In this document: positions 51,863-60,702 of the stretch, piece after piece
Layout: the number at the start of each line of letters is the position of its first letter
Position numbering within the stretch: position 1 is the stretch's first letter
Assembly: GCA_963738945.1 (NCBI GenBank)
Contig: CAVTYD010000002.1
Span: 3,285,233 to 3,349,232, forward strand
From: an uncultured Acidobacteriota bacterium
GTDB taxonomy: Bacteria; Acidobacteriota; Thermoanaerobaculia; UBA5066; Gp7-AA6
DNA length: 64,000 bases
Reading direction: 5' to 3'
Notes under the pieces: model-generated
The model's input: only the letters and a program-made list of their open reading frames with translations
What the model was told of the DNA's origin: nothing
Databases searched by the model: none
Made by a program: the position numbers and the translations under genes

Positions 51863-52378
51863 CTAGTACCTCAGTCTCACCAGCGTCGCCGTCCCGTCCG
51901 GCTTCGGCACGACCACGAACAGATTGTCGTACTCGTCGTCGGCGAGCGTGATCGTCTCCGCACAGCCGAGGGCTTTCAGCAGGTCCGGGATCGTGTTCGC
52001 GTGGCCGACGATCAGGACGACGCCGCTCGGGTGGCTCTTGCGCAGCGCCGCGACGAACGGGCGCGCGTCGACGGCGCCCTTCATGCTCGCCCCCGTGTCG
52101 TAAGTCGCGACCGTCAGGCCGAGGGCCCTGGCGAGGGGAGCGGCGGTGTCGCGGGCGCGCTCGGTGTCGGTCGCGTAGATTGCGGCGATGCCGGAGTCGT
52201 GAAGCATCCGGGCGAGGCGCTCCGCCCGCTGCCGGCCCGCGGCGCTCAGCCGCTGGTCCTGCGCGGAGATCTTCTCGGCGTGGCGCACGACGAAGACGGC
52301 CGTCTGGGCGGTGGCGGGGACCGCGGCGGCGAGTCCGAGGCCGAGGGCGATCAACAGCCGGGCGGTCGAATTTTTCAT
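51863..52378 (-). CDS. Histidine phosphatase superfamily protein (SixA/PGAM-like), exported
   Basis: Has a signal peptide, an RHAEK catalytic motif (VVRHAEK), and a distal GHANT. Confidence 0.8.
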   Translation of the reverse strand: MKNSTARLLIALGLGLAAAVPATAQTAVFVVRHAEKISAQDQRLSAAGRQRAERLARMLHDSGIAAIYATDTERARDTAAPLARALGLTVATYDTGASMKGAVDARPFVAALRKSHPSGVVLIVGHANTIPDLLKALGCAETITLADDEYDNLFVVVPKPDGTATLVRLRY

Positions 52379-52515
52379 GGCCCGACGATACCCGAGACCG
52401 TCCCCGGCGATAGATTGCCGAACGAAACGACCGGTAGCGGCGTCCAAGGAGACGGAAGCGCGAAGAGCGGAGACGCGCCGGAGGACAGCCGATCCTGGTC
52501 GAATCGAGCATCGTA

Positions 52516-53066
52516 TTGAAGCCAAAGGAGTTCGACCTGACGGACACCGGCCTCTCGACCGCGGACTCGGCGTCGCTCGTCGAGCTTTACGAGACGCATG
52601 GCGCACGGATGAAGTCGATCGCCCTGAACCTGCTCGGCAACGTCGCCGACGCGGAGGACGCGGTCCAGGAGGCTTTTCTGAAGATCCACCGAGGGGCGGC
52701 GCGGTTTCGGGGGGCTCGAGCCTCTCGACCTGGGCGCACCGGATTCTCCTGAACGCCTGCTATGACGCCCTGCGGCGGGGCAAGCGCCGTCCGGAGAATC
52801 CGCTGCCCGAGGAGGGGGCGCTTCCGCGTGCCGCCTCCGACAATCCGCCCCTGCGCCTCGCGATCGAGCGGGCCCTGTCGCGCCTCGACGTCCGCGAGCG
52901 GACGGCGTTTCTTCTGTGCGAGGTCGAAGGGCTCTCACACCGCGAGGCGAGCCAGATCCTCGAGGTCAACGAGAACACGTCTCGTACGCTGCTCTTTCGG
53001 GCCAAGCGGCGCCTGCAGCGGGAGCTTTCGGTTCGGGACGCCTTCGCGGCGGCGGAGGCGAAGTGA
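52516..53066 (+). CDS. ECF sigma factor; apparent frameshift in a G6 run at 52709-52714
   Basis: Region 2 (LVELYETHGARMKSIALNLLGNVADAEDAVQEAFLKIHRGAARFRG) is in frame 1. The continuation (SSLSTWAHRILLNACYDALRR ... region 4 LDVRERTAFLLCEVEGLSHREASQILEVNENTSRTLLFRAKRRLQ) is in frame 0. Confidence 0.75.
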
Positions 53067-53737
53067 AGCAACGCCGCGCGTCCTGCCGGGATCTGGAGCA
53101 GGCCCTCGCGGGCGGAGATGCGGCTCTGACCGCGGCGTTCGAGGCTCACGCGGCGGAATGTGAGGCGTGCGGACGAGAGCTTTCCGAGTGGCGGCAAATC
53201 GAGAGCGCCGCGCCGGCGCTGCACCGCGAATGGGACTCGCCGCACCTTCTGCCGCGCATCCGGCAGGCGATCGCCGAAGACTCCTCGCGCGCGCCCGAAT
53301 CTCCGGCCCCGGCCGCCCCAACGCGGTGGCGGTGGGTTCCGGCGGCCTCGATCGCGGCGCTCTTTCTGATCGCGGCGGCCGGCCTGTGGGTCTTCCGCGA
53401 CAGCGGCGGCCGCGACCCGCTCTCGGAGCACTGGCAGACGACCAAACATCCACTGCTCACCGATCAGGCGATCGATGAAGTCGACGCCGCCGAGAAGACC
53501 TACCTGGCGTCGATCGAAAAGCTGTCGAGCCTGGCGGGACCCGCGCTCGCCGACACGACGTCGCCCGTCGTCGTCAACTATCGCGAGAAGCTCGAGGTGC
53601 TCGACTCGGCGATCGCCGAATTGAAGACCTCGATCGAGCAGAACCGGGGCAACACGCATCTGCGGCGAGAGCTGCTCGCCGTTTACCAGGAGAAGCAGCG
53701 CACCCTGCAGAGCCTGATGAAAGAGGTCAAATCATGA
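53063..53737 (+). CDS. Anti-sigma factor (zf-HC2 type) with one TM and a periplasmic coiled-coil domain
   Basis: GTGA overlap with the sigma gene. The Zn motif is H..C..C (FEAHAAECEACG). The TM is WVPAASIAALFLIAAAGLWVF. Confidence 0.8.
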   Translation: MKQRRASCRDLEQALAGGDAALTAAFEAHAAECEACGRELSEWRQIESAAPALHREWDSPHLLPRIRQAIAEDSSRAPESPAPAAPTRWRWVPAASIAALFLIAAAGLWVFRDSGGRDPLSEHWQTTKHPLLTDQAIDEVDAAEKTYLASIEKLSSLAGPALADTTSPVVVNYREKLEVLDSAIAELKTSIEQNRGNTHLRRELLAVYQEKQRTLQSLMKEVKS

Positions 53738-55248
53738 AACGTTCGACGTCACGGTGTGCGGCCGGCGCCGCGGCTCTCGTGCTACTTCTCGGCGCGGCGA
53801 CGGCGGCCGCGGGGGAGGAGTCGCGCGAGCCCAGCTCGAACTACGACCGCGACTTCTCCCGGACGGTTCCGTTCAAGGCCGGCCAGCGTCTCGAAATCGA
53901 GCACAGCCAGGGAGCCCTGCACATCGGGACGCATGCCCAGGCCGACGTTCAGGTGCGGGCCAAGATCTCGGTCTCCTCCTCGGACGTCGAGGGAGCGCAG
54001 AAGTTCGGCGAGGGAATCACCGTCACCGTCGAAGACACGGGCTCGGCCATCGTCGTCCGGACGAAGTACCCCGACAAGCAGTGGCACTTCGTCGGGAGCG
54101 GTCACATCTCCTACGCCGTGGACATGGACATCACGATGCCCGAGACGATGGCGTTGACGGCCCGCAACAAGTTCGGCGACCTCGACGTCGTCCACCTGAA
54201 GGCCCCGGCGGTCCTCGTCAACGCGAACGGCCAGCTCTCCCTGACCGACGGCTCCGGCCGGCAGCGTCTCGAGAACGCCTTCGGCACGATCACAGTGGAC
54301 CGCAATGCCGGCGAGGTCGAGATCTCGGGCTCGAACGGCGCGGTGACGGCCACCGCGATCGACGGCCCGCTCTCGATCCGCAACCGCTTCGGCGCGATCC
54401 AGGCGCGCCACGTCAAGGGCGCGGTCACGATCAACTCGTCGAACGGCGACATCCTGGTCGAGGACGCCGGGTCCGCCGCGAGCGTGACCAACTCCTTCGG
54501 ACGGGTGGACGTCCGCGGCGCGGGCGGCGCCGTCGAGGTGCGCAACTCGAACGGCAGCATCCGCGTGTCGGAGGTCAAGGCGTCGGTCGACCTGCGCACG
54601 AGCTTTGCGGAGATCGAGGCCATCGGAGTCCCCGGCGACGCGACGGTTTCCGACGACAACGGATCGGTGACCCTGACCGGAGTGGGCGGCGCCGCGGACG
54701 TGCGCAACTCGTTCGGCAAGATCACCGTGACGCAGGCGAAGAGGGGAGTGAAGGCGGTCGGCAGCAACAGCGCCGTCTCCGTGTCGGAAGTCGGAGGGGC
54801 CGCGTCGGTTCGCACGAGCTTCGGACTCGTCGAAGCGGCGAAGATCGAGGGCGACTTGACCGTGGACAACTCCAACGGAGCGGTCCAGGCGGCCGGGGTC
54901 AAGGGAAGCGCCAGGGTGACGACGTCATTCGCCCCGGTTCAGCTCGACGGCATCGGCGGCCGGGTCGATGTGGACAACCAGAACGGCTCGGTGGACGTGC
55001 GCGGCCTCTCCGGCGGGGCCAGGTGCTCCCCCGTGACGATCAAGAGCTCTTTCGCGCCGATCCGCGTCTCGCTGCCGGAGAACACCGGCTACGACGTCAA
55101 CGCCCATACGACGTTCGGCAAGGTCTCGAGCCGGCTTCCGCTGACGGTGACGGGCTCGACGTCGTCGGACTCCCTTTCGGGAAAGGTGGGCGACGGAAAG
55201 TGCCCGCTCACGCTCGACAATTCGAACGGGAACATCGAGATCCGCTAG
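53734..55248 (+). CDS. DUF4097-type repetitive beta-helix protein (putative adhesin), exported
   Basis: ATGA overlap with the anti-sigma gene. Has a signal peptide and more than 12 repeats of the N.NG.V.V / SFG.I.V type. Confidence 0.8.
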   Translation: MKRSTSRCAAGAAALVLLLGAATAAAGEESREPSSNYDRDFSRTVPFKAGQRLEIEHSQGALHIGTHAQADVQVRAKISVSSSDVEGAQKFGEGITVTVEDTGSAIVVRTKYPDKQWHFVGSGHISYAVDMDITMPETMALTARNKFGDLDVVHLKAPAVLVNANGQLSLTDGSGRQRLENAFGTITVDRNAGEVEISGSNGAVTATAIDGPLSIRNRFGAIQARHVKGAVTINSSNGDILVEDAGSAASVTNSFGRVDVRGAGGAVEVRNSNGSIRVSEVKASVDLRTSFAEIEAIGVPGDATVSDDNGSVTLTGVGGAADVRNSFGKITVTQAKRGVKAVGSNSAVSVSEVGGAASVRTSFGLVEAAKIEGDLTVDNSNGAVQAAGVKGSARVTTSFAPVQLDGIGGRVDVDNQNGSVDVRGLSGGARCSPVTIKSSFAPIRVSLPENTGYDVNAHTTFGKVSSRLPLTVTGSTSSDSLSGKVGDGKCPLTLDNSNGNIEIR

Positions 55249-55260
55249 CCGCTCCGACGG

Positions 55261-56424
55261 TCAGAACGAGCCGGTCGCGCCGCCGCCCCCGAAGCCGCCG
55301 CCGCCCGGCGTCATGCCTCCGCGCTCCGCCGGAGCCGGGGCGCGCCCGTCCGGCGCGAATGCCGCGACGACGGCGACCGTCTCGATGCCGCTCGAGCGGC
55401 CTGAGTGGAGCGGACGAGCGGTAAAGCCTCGCCACTCTTCGCCGGGAGCCCGGCGCAGCCGGCGTCCGATCTCGAGCGCACCGAGCACGAGGAGGATCCC
55501 GCTGGCGGTCAGGATCGCCCACAGCGGTGCGATGTGGACGTAGAAGCGGAGGGTCGCGAGGGAGAGCGCGGTGAAGACGAGGCCGAGGTCGAGGGCGAGG
55601 ATCCGGCGCCCGTAAAGACCCCACGCGAGCAGCGCGAGCGGCAGAATGGCCGTCGCGAGGCTCGAGATAGGGACGATGGCGCCCGTCGGCGCCGGCACGC
55701 CGCCGCCGCCTCTCGCCATCGACTCGATTGAGCCGTGGTCGACCGAATAACGATTGAGTCCGCCATAGACGGCCGACATTCCGATGACGAAGATGGCCGA
55801 CGCGGCCTCGCGCATCGGCGGGGGAAGCCACCGGCGCGTCCGAAGGGACCACGTTGCCGCGGCGAGCGCCAGGCCGACGACGATCCACGACAGGCGGCCC
55901 GTCCCGAACCGGGCCAGGAAGGCGAAGAAAGACAGCGCTCCGATCGCACACTCGGCGGCGTAACCCCAGCGCCAGCCCGCGGCCACGAACGCGACGGCTG
56001 CCGCGAGAAGAGATGTGGTCGGCCAGTCGTGACTGCCGCGGCTCGCCTCGATTCCGATCGCTACCGTGGCATACACGGCCGCCCAGAACGACGTCGCGGC
56101 GGCGCTTCCGTTGTTCCCGACGCGGCTCCCGTGAAGGAGGCGCTCGGTCACGCCCGCGAGAACGACGGCGAAGACGAGCCAGGGCGCCGCGCGGGAGTCG
56201 TCGTGGAGAAAGGCAAGAATCCCGAAGAAGAGTGCGTTGGCGGCGATCGTGACGATCACGAACACGAGGGCTTTCCAGGCGAAGGCCATCCGGTGCCCGT
56301 CGTCGGGATAGGCGGCCTCGATGCGGGCGAGTGTCGCGCCGTCGATCGCTCCGACGGCATGCCATCCTCGCGCCGCGTGGCGGACTTCGGCCCGGCGCGA
56401 GTCGTCGGCGCGCGACGCGATCAC
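55261..56424 (-). CDS. Polytopic membrane protein with a Gly-rich C-terminal tail
   Basis: The GTG overlaps the upstream stop (GTGA). About 10 TM segments are present. The C-terminus is ...PAERGGMTPGGGGFGGGGATGSF. No family was confidently recognised (DUF4401-like context next to DUF2157). Confidence 0.6.
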   Translation of the reverse strand: MIASRADDSRRAEVRHAARGWHAVGAIDGATLARIEAAYPDDGHRMAFAWKALVFVIVTIAANALFFGILAFLHDDSRAAPWLVFAVVLAGVTERLLHGSRVGNNGSAAATSFWAAVYATVAIGIEASRGSHDWPTTSLLAAAVAFVAAGWRWGYAAECAIGALSFFAFLARFGTGRLSWIVVGLALAAATWSLRTRRWLPPPMREAASAIFVIGMSAVYGGLNRYSVDHGSIESMARGGGGVPAPTGAIVPISSLATAILPLALLAWGLYGRRILALDLGLVFTALSLATLRFYVHIAPLWAILTASGILLVLGALEIGRRLRRAPGEEWRGFTARPLHSGRSSGIETVAVVAAFAPDGRAPAPAERGGMTPGGGGFGGGGATGSF

Positions 56425-57410
56425 TCGATCTCCTTCATGCGGCGCTGGGCCCTCACGAGCAGGGCCACGACCGCGATCCCGGACGCCGCGACGATGAAGA
56501 GGCCGCCGCGGCCGCGCAGCCGGTCGAACAGGATGCGCAGCGCGCCGAGGTACGCGGCCAGAACCGCGATCGAGAAGTCGAGGGCTCGCCGCCGCCGATA
56601 GGCGAGCGCGATGACGGCCGCGGCGGCCGCGAGGAGCGGCGCTTCCCACGCCATCCACCGCGCCCGGTCGTACTGAAAGACGCCCGAGAGCAGTCCGCCG
56701 AAGGAGAGCAGCAGGCCGAGCGTCACGTAGACAGGCTCGAAATGGGCCTTGCGGCGGGATCGGAGCGAAGCGAATCCCGCCGCGAGAAACAGGACGCCGC
56801 AGAAGAGCGCGTTGGCGCGGACCGCGGGGCCCGTGCCGCGTCCGCTCCAGGTTCCGGACAGGGACACGGAGACGCCGCGCCACGCGGCGAAAGACGTCAG
56901 CGCGAGCGACAGGACCGAACGCGAGTCGAACCGGTAGGCGAGGACGAGCGCGACCGCGGAATAGAGCAACAGGTGGTACGGCCAATCCGGCCCCAGCAGC
57001 CGCCACTGCGCCTCGAGGTAGGCGAGGTCGCTGCCGGCGAGAAGGACGCCGAGCAGCAGGACGTAGTCGGGGCCGGCCATCGTCTCGCCGGCGCTCTCCC
57101 AGGTGAAGCCCGGCAGCCTCCGCGCGGCGTACGCGAGGCAGGCGAGGGCGGCGGCGCCGACGAGCGCCGCGATCGTGGCCGGTCCGATGCGCTCGTGGTT
57201 TTCCTTCAGGAAGAGGCCAACGCCCGAGGTCAGCAGCAGGACGCCGGCGTAAAGGAGGGTCCTCAGCTCGAGCTCGACCGAGACGAGATCACCCCGCGCC
57301 GCGCGCAGGAGCGGCGGCGCCTGCGCGTCGGTGAGGATCCCGTCGGCGCGCAGGCGTGCGATCGCATCGAGAGTTTCGGGGTTCATTTCGAGTCTGTTGG
57401 CTGCGCTCAT
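56421..57410 (-). CDS. DUF2157-like polytopic membrane protein
   Basis: The N-terminal soluble helix region (LDAIARLRADGILTDAQAPPLLRAARG) is followed by about 9 TM segments. Confidence 0.6.
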   Translation of the reverse strand: MSAANRLEMNPETLDAIARLRADGILTDAQAPPLLRAARGDLVSVELELRTLLYAGVLLLTSGVGLFLKENHERIGPATIAALVGAAALACLAYAARRLPGFTWESAGETMAGPDYVLLLGVLLAGSDLAYLEAQWRLLGPDWPYHLLLYSAVALVLAYRFDSRSVLSLALTSFAAWRGVSVSLSGTWSGRGTGPAVRANALFCGVLFLAAGFASLRSRRKAHFEPVYVTLGLLLSFGGLLSGVFQYDRARWMAWEAPLLAAAAAVIALAYRRRRALDFSIAVLAAYLGALRILFDRLRGRGGLFIVAASGIAVVALLVRAQRRMKEIE

Positions 57411-57450
57411 TATGGGCGCGTTAGACTCGGCGAACCAGAAAGGGTGAGGC

Positions 57451-59214
57451 GTGAAGCCGGTCCGACCCATCCGTAACGCCCCCGTGCTGACGGTGCTCGC
57501 CGGGCTGCTTCTCGCCTCCCGGCTTGGTGCGGCACCGGGCTCGTGGACGGCGGCGGGGCCCTTTCGCGCCGACGGAACACCCGTGCCGGTTCGCGCCGCT
57601 GCCGCGGGCGGCGAGACGGTGTTCGCGGGCGGCGAAGACGGAATCTTCCGCAGCGACGACGGCGGCGGCACGTGGCAACACCTGGCCTTCGACGTCGTGC
57701 GGGACGGAGACGTCCTCTCGCTGGCGATGCCGGACGGGCAGACCCGGGCGGTCTTCGCCGGGACGTCGGCGGGAATCTTCGCCACGACGGACGGCGGCTC
57801 GACCTGGAGCGCCTCCGGCCTCGATGGCCTGTCCGTCGAGATCGTCGTCTCCGACGCAGCGTCGCCAGACGTGCTCTACGCGGCGTCTCAGCCCGCGGGC
57901 GGCGGGCCCGGGACACTCCAGCGGACGCTCGACGGCGGCTCGAGCTGGGTTGCCGTGTACTCGTCGCCGTATCCGATCACTGCGGTCGCGGTCGATCCGA
58001 CCGACGGCCGGAATCTTTACGCCGGGACGGGCGACGGCCGGATCGTGAGGAGCGCCGATCGGGGACTCACGTGGAGCGCCTCGGCGGCCACGAGCGGCCC
58101 CGTCGATTCGATCGCCGTCGATCCGAACGATCCCGCGCGCGTGCTCGCGACGCAGGCCGAGGCGGTGTCGGTCGGCGGATTGCCGCCGCGCGCCTCGCTC
58201 CTGATGAGCGCCGACGCGGGCCGGACCTTCGCCCCGAGCGGAGGGCTCCCGCCGTTCGACGTCAACAGCCTGATCGTCGATCCGTCGACGGGCTTCCTCT
58301 ACATGGAGGCCGGCGGCTTCCTGCGGAAGAGCGCGGACGGCGGCTCGACGTGGACGGGCGTCGCCCCGGGATATTCGCCCCTCGCCGCCGCCGATCTCGC
58401 CGACGGCACGACGAGGATCTACGGGCGAGGATCCGACGGGCTCTTCCAACTCGACCTCGCCTCATCCGGGCCGTGTGTGGCGGGCGCGCTCACGCTGTGC
58501 GTGCAGCAGGGCCGCTTCGCCGTCTCGGTCGACTGGAAGCTTTCGGGCGAGACCGCGGCTCGGCATGCGGCCGTCCTTTCCTTGACCTCCGACGCGGGCT
58601 CCTTCTGGTTCTTCTCGCCGGACAACCCGGAGCTCGTGGTGAAGGTCCTCGACGGGCGCGCGACGAACGGCCGCTTCTGGGTTTTCTACTCCTCGTTGTC
58701 GGAGGTGTCGTACTCGATCGCCGTGACCGATGCGGCGACCGGCGCGACCCGCGTCTACGACCATCCGTCCGGCGCGATGGGCGGAGGCGTCGATACGGCG
58801 GCGTTTTCCGGAAATGCGCCGAATGCGAACGCCATGGCGACGAGAGCCGCCGTGGCCGCGGCACGCGCGAAGGGAAGCGCGACGGAAGCCGCGGACCTCG
58901 AGCTGAGCGGCGGCAGGTTCCGGGTTCGAGCCCGGTGGCTGCCGGCGGCCGGGGAGGATTGGATCGATGCGTCGAGCGCGGCGCTCGGCGGAGGCCACGC
59001 CGGCTATTTCTGGTTTTTCGGTCCGACCAACGTCGAGCTGCTGGTCAAGGTGCTCGACGGCCGGGCCGTCAACGGCCACCTCTGGGTCTTCGCCGCCGGG
59101 CTGTCCGGACTGTCGTACCGGATCACCGTCACCGACGTCGAGACGGGCCAGGTGCAGGTCTACGCGCACGAGCCCGGAGATGTCGGCGGCATCGCCGACA
59201 CGTCGACGTTCTAG
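57451..59214 (+). CDS. Exported BNR/Asp-box beta-propeller protein with two C-terminal copies of an uncharacterised ~100-aa domain
   Basis: Several SxDxGxTW Asp-boxes are present (SDDGGGTW, TTDGGSTW, TLDGGSSW, SADRGLTW, SADGGSTW). The C-terminal duplicated block is FWFF..N.EL.VKVLDGR..NG.FWVF...LS...Y.I.VTD..TG. Confidence 0.8.
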   Translation: MKPVRPIRNAPVLTVLAGLLLASRLGAAPGSWTAAGPFRADGTPVPVRAAAAGGETVFAGGEDGIFRSDDGGGTWQHLAFDVVRDGDVLSLAMPDGQTRAVFAGTSAGIFATTDGGSTWSASGLDGLSVEIVVSDAASPDVLYAASQPAGGGPGTLQRTLDGGSSWVAVYSSPYPITAVAVDPTDGRNLYAGTGDGRIVRSADRGLTWSASAATSGPVDSIAVDPNDPARVLATQAEAVSVGGLPPRASLLMSADAGRTFAPSGGLPPFDVNSLIVDPSTGFLYMEAGGFLRKSADGGSTWTGVAPGYSPLAAADLADGTTRIYGRGSDGLFQLDLASSGPCVAGALTLCVQQGRFAVSVDWKLSGETAARHAAVLSLTSDAGSFWFFSPDNPELVVKVLDGRATNGRFWVFYSSLSEVSYSIAVTDAATGATRVYDHPSGAMGGGVDTAAFSGNAPNANAMATRAAVAAARAKGSATEAADLELSGGRFRVRARWLPAAGEDWIDASSAALGGGHAGYFWFFGPTNVELLVKVLDGRAVNGHLWVFAAGLSGLSYRITVTDVETGQVQVYAHEPGDVGGIADTSTF

Positions 59215-59253
59215 GCGAGGAGGCGAACCCTCACCCGACGGCGACGACTCCTC

Positions 59254-60699
59254 TCAGCAGCTCGTGCCGGGCGTGAGGAAGCCGAGCGTGTTCGGCGTGA
59301 AGTTGCCGATCAGCGGAAAGACCACGGGCAGGTCGAGCGAGGAAACGCCGAACCACCGCGCCAGCGTCCCGGCGTACTGCTCGACGGAGGTCGCCGGGAT
59401 CCAGCGGCCGCGGTCGTCCGAGGAGACGTCGTCCACGCCGCCGACGACGAGGTCGGGGAAGATCTGCCCGTTGCCGCCCGGCACGCCGTAGAAGTTGCCT
59501 CCCGCGACCGCGTCGCCCATGACGAACTGGTGGCTGCCCCAGCCGTGGTCCGTGCCGACCGAGCCGTTGTCGCCGGAGGGCTGGAGCGTGCGGCCGAAGT
59601 CGGAAAGCGTGAAGGTCACGACGCGGTCCGAGATTCCGAGCTCGGCGGTCGCGGTGTAGAAGGCGGCCATGGCCTGGGAGAACTCGGCGAGCCGGCTGGC
59701 CTGGTCGGAGGATTGGTCCTGGTGGGTGTCGTAACCGCCGGTCTCGACGTAGAAGATCTGGCGATTCAGCGAGAGCTCGGCCGAGGTGAGGTTCAGCTTC
59801 ATCACCTTGGCGACCTGCTGGAGCTGCGAGCCGAGGTCGGTATCGGGAAAGATCGTCGTGAGCGTCGGGTCGATCGAGAGGGCGGCGCTGATGTCGACGG
59901 CCTGCTGCGTCGTGTCGCTCGCGGCGGCGATCAGCGTCGCGGTCCGGTCGATCGTGCGGGCGAAGTCCATCGAGCTCTTGCGGGCGACGTCCTGCGGCGA
60001 TCCATTGAAGCCGTTCAGGACGAGGACCTGGTCGAGAGCGCCCGTGTCGATCGCGAGCGGCCGCTGTCCGGCGCCGACGCAGAAGGTGGTGGCGCCCGCG
60101 ATCGTCGTGATCGTCGGGAACCCGGAGCCGCCGTTGCAGTCGAGGGTCGCGTCGGTCGTGCGGCCGCCCCAGCCGGTCGCGATGCGCTGGTCCGCGCGGC
60201 CGGTCTGCCAGCAGTCGATCTGGTCGGAGTGAGAGAAGAGCGAATACGGCGTCGGCAGGTTGTCGATGTTGCCCTGGTTGACGGGGACGACGAGCGGGCC
60301 GACGTTCGAGATGATCGCGACCCTGTTCTGGTTGTAGAGCGCGGCCATCTCGGGAAGGCTCGGATGCAGCCCGAACGTCCGGCCGCCGAGGCTGGCGGGG
60401 GCGTTGAGCCCGACGAGGTTGCCGACGGGGATCTGGAGCCCGGAGTTGACCGGCCGCGCCACGGCGTACTGGTTCGTGTAGTACGAGTCGGTCGGCACGA
60501 CCATGTTGTTCGAGTCGTTGCCGCCGTCGAGGAACACGCAGACGAGCGCGCGGTAGTCGGTCGGCGCGGAGGGCTTCGCGTAGAGGTTCATCAGGCCGAG
60601 CTTGGTGAGGCTCGCCTGGGCGGCCGCGGCCGAGAGGCCGGCGCAGGTGGTCCGCACGAGGAAATCGCGCCGGGACTGCTTCCACAGGTTTTTCTTCAT
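59254..60699 (-). CDS. DUF1501 domain protein (sulfatase-fold), Tat-exported
   Basis: Has a Tat signal (SRRDFLVRTTCAGLSAAAA) and DUF1501 motifs (FLDGGNDSNN, GGYDTH, GTDHGWGS). Confidence 0.88.
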   Translation of the reverse strand: MKKNLWKQSRRDFLVRTTCAGLSAAAAQASLTKLGLMNLYAKPSAPTDYRALVCVFLDGGNDSNNMVVPTDSYYTNQYAVARPVNSGLQIPVGNLVGLNAPASLGGRTFGLHPSLPEMAALYNQNRVAIISNVGPLVVPVNQGNIDNLPTPYSLFSHSDQIDCWQTGRADQRIATGWGGRTTDATLDCNGGSGFPTITTIAGATTFCVGAGQRPLAIDTGALDQVLVLNGFNGSPQDVARKSSMDFARTIDRTATLIAAASDTTQQAVDISAALSIDPTLTTIFPDTDLGSQLQQVAKVMKLNLTSAELSLNRQIFYVETGGYDTHQDQSSDQASRLAEFSQAMAAFYTATAELGISDRVVTFTLSDFGRTLQPSGDNGSVGTDHGWGSHQFVMGDAVAGGNFYGVPGGNGQIFPDLVVGGVDDVSSDDRGRWIPATSVEQYAGTLARWFGVSSLDLPVVFPLIGNFTPNTLGFLTPGTSC

Positions 60700-60702
60700 G
60701 GC

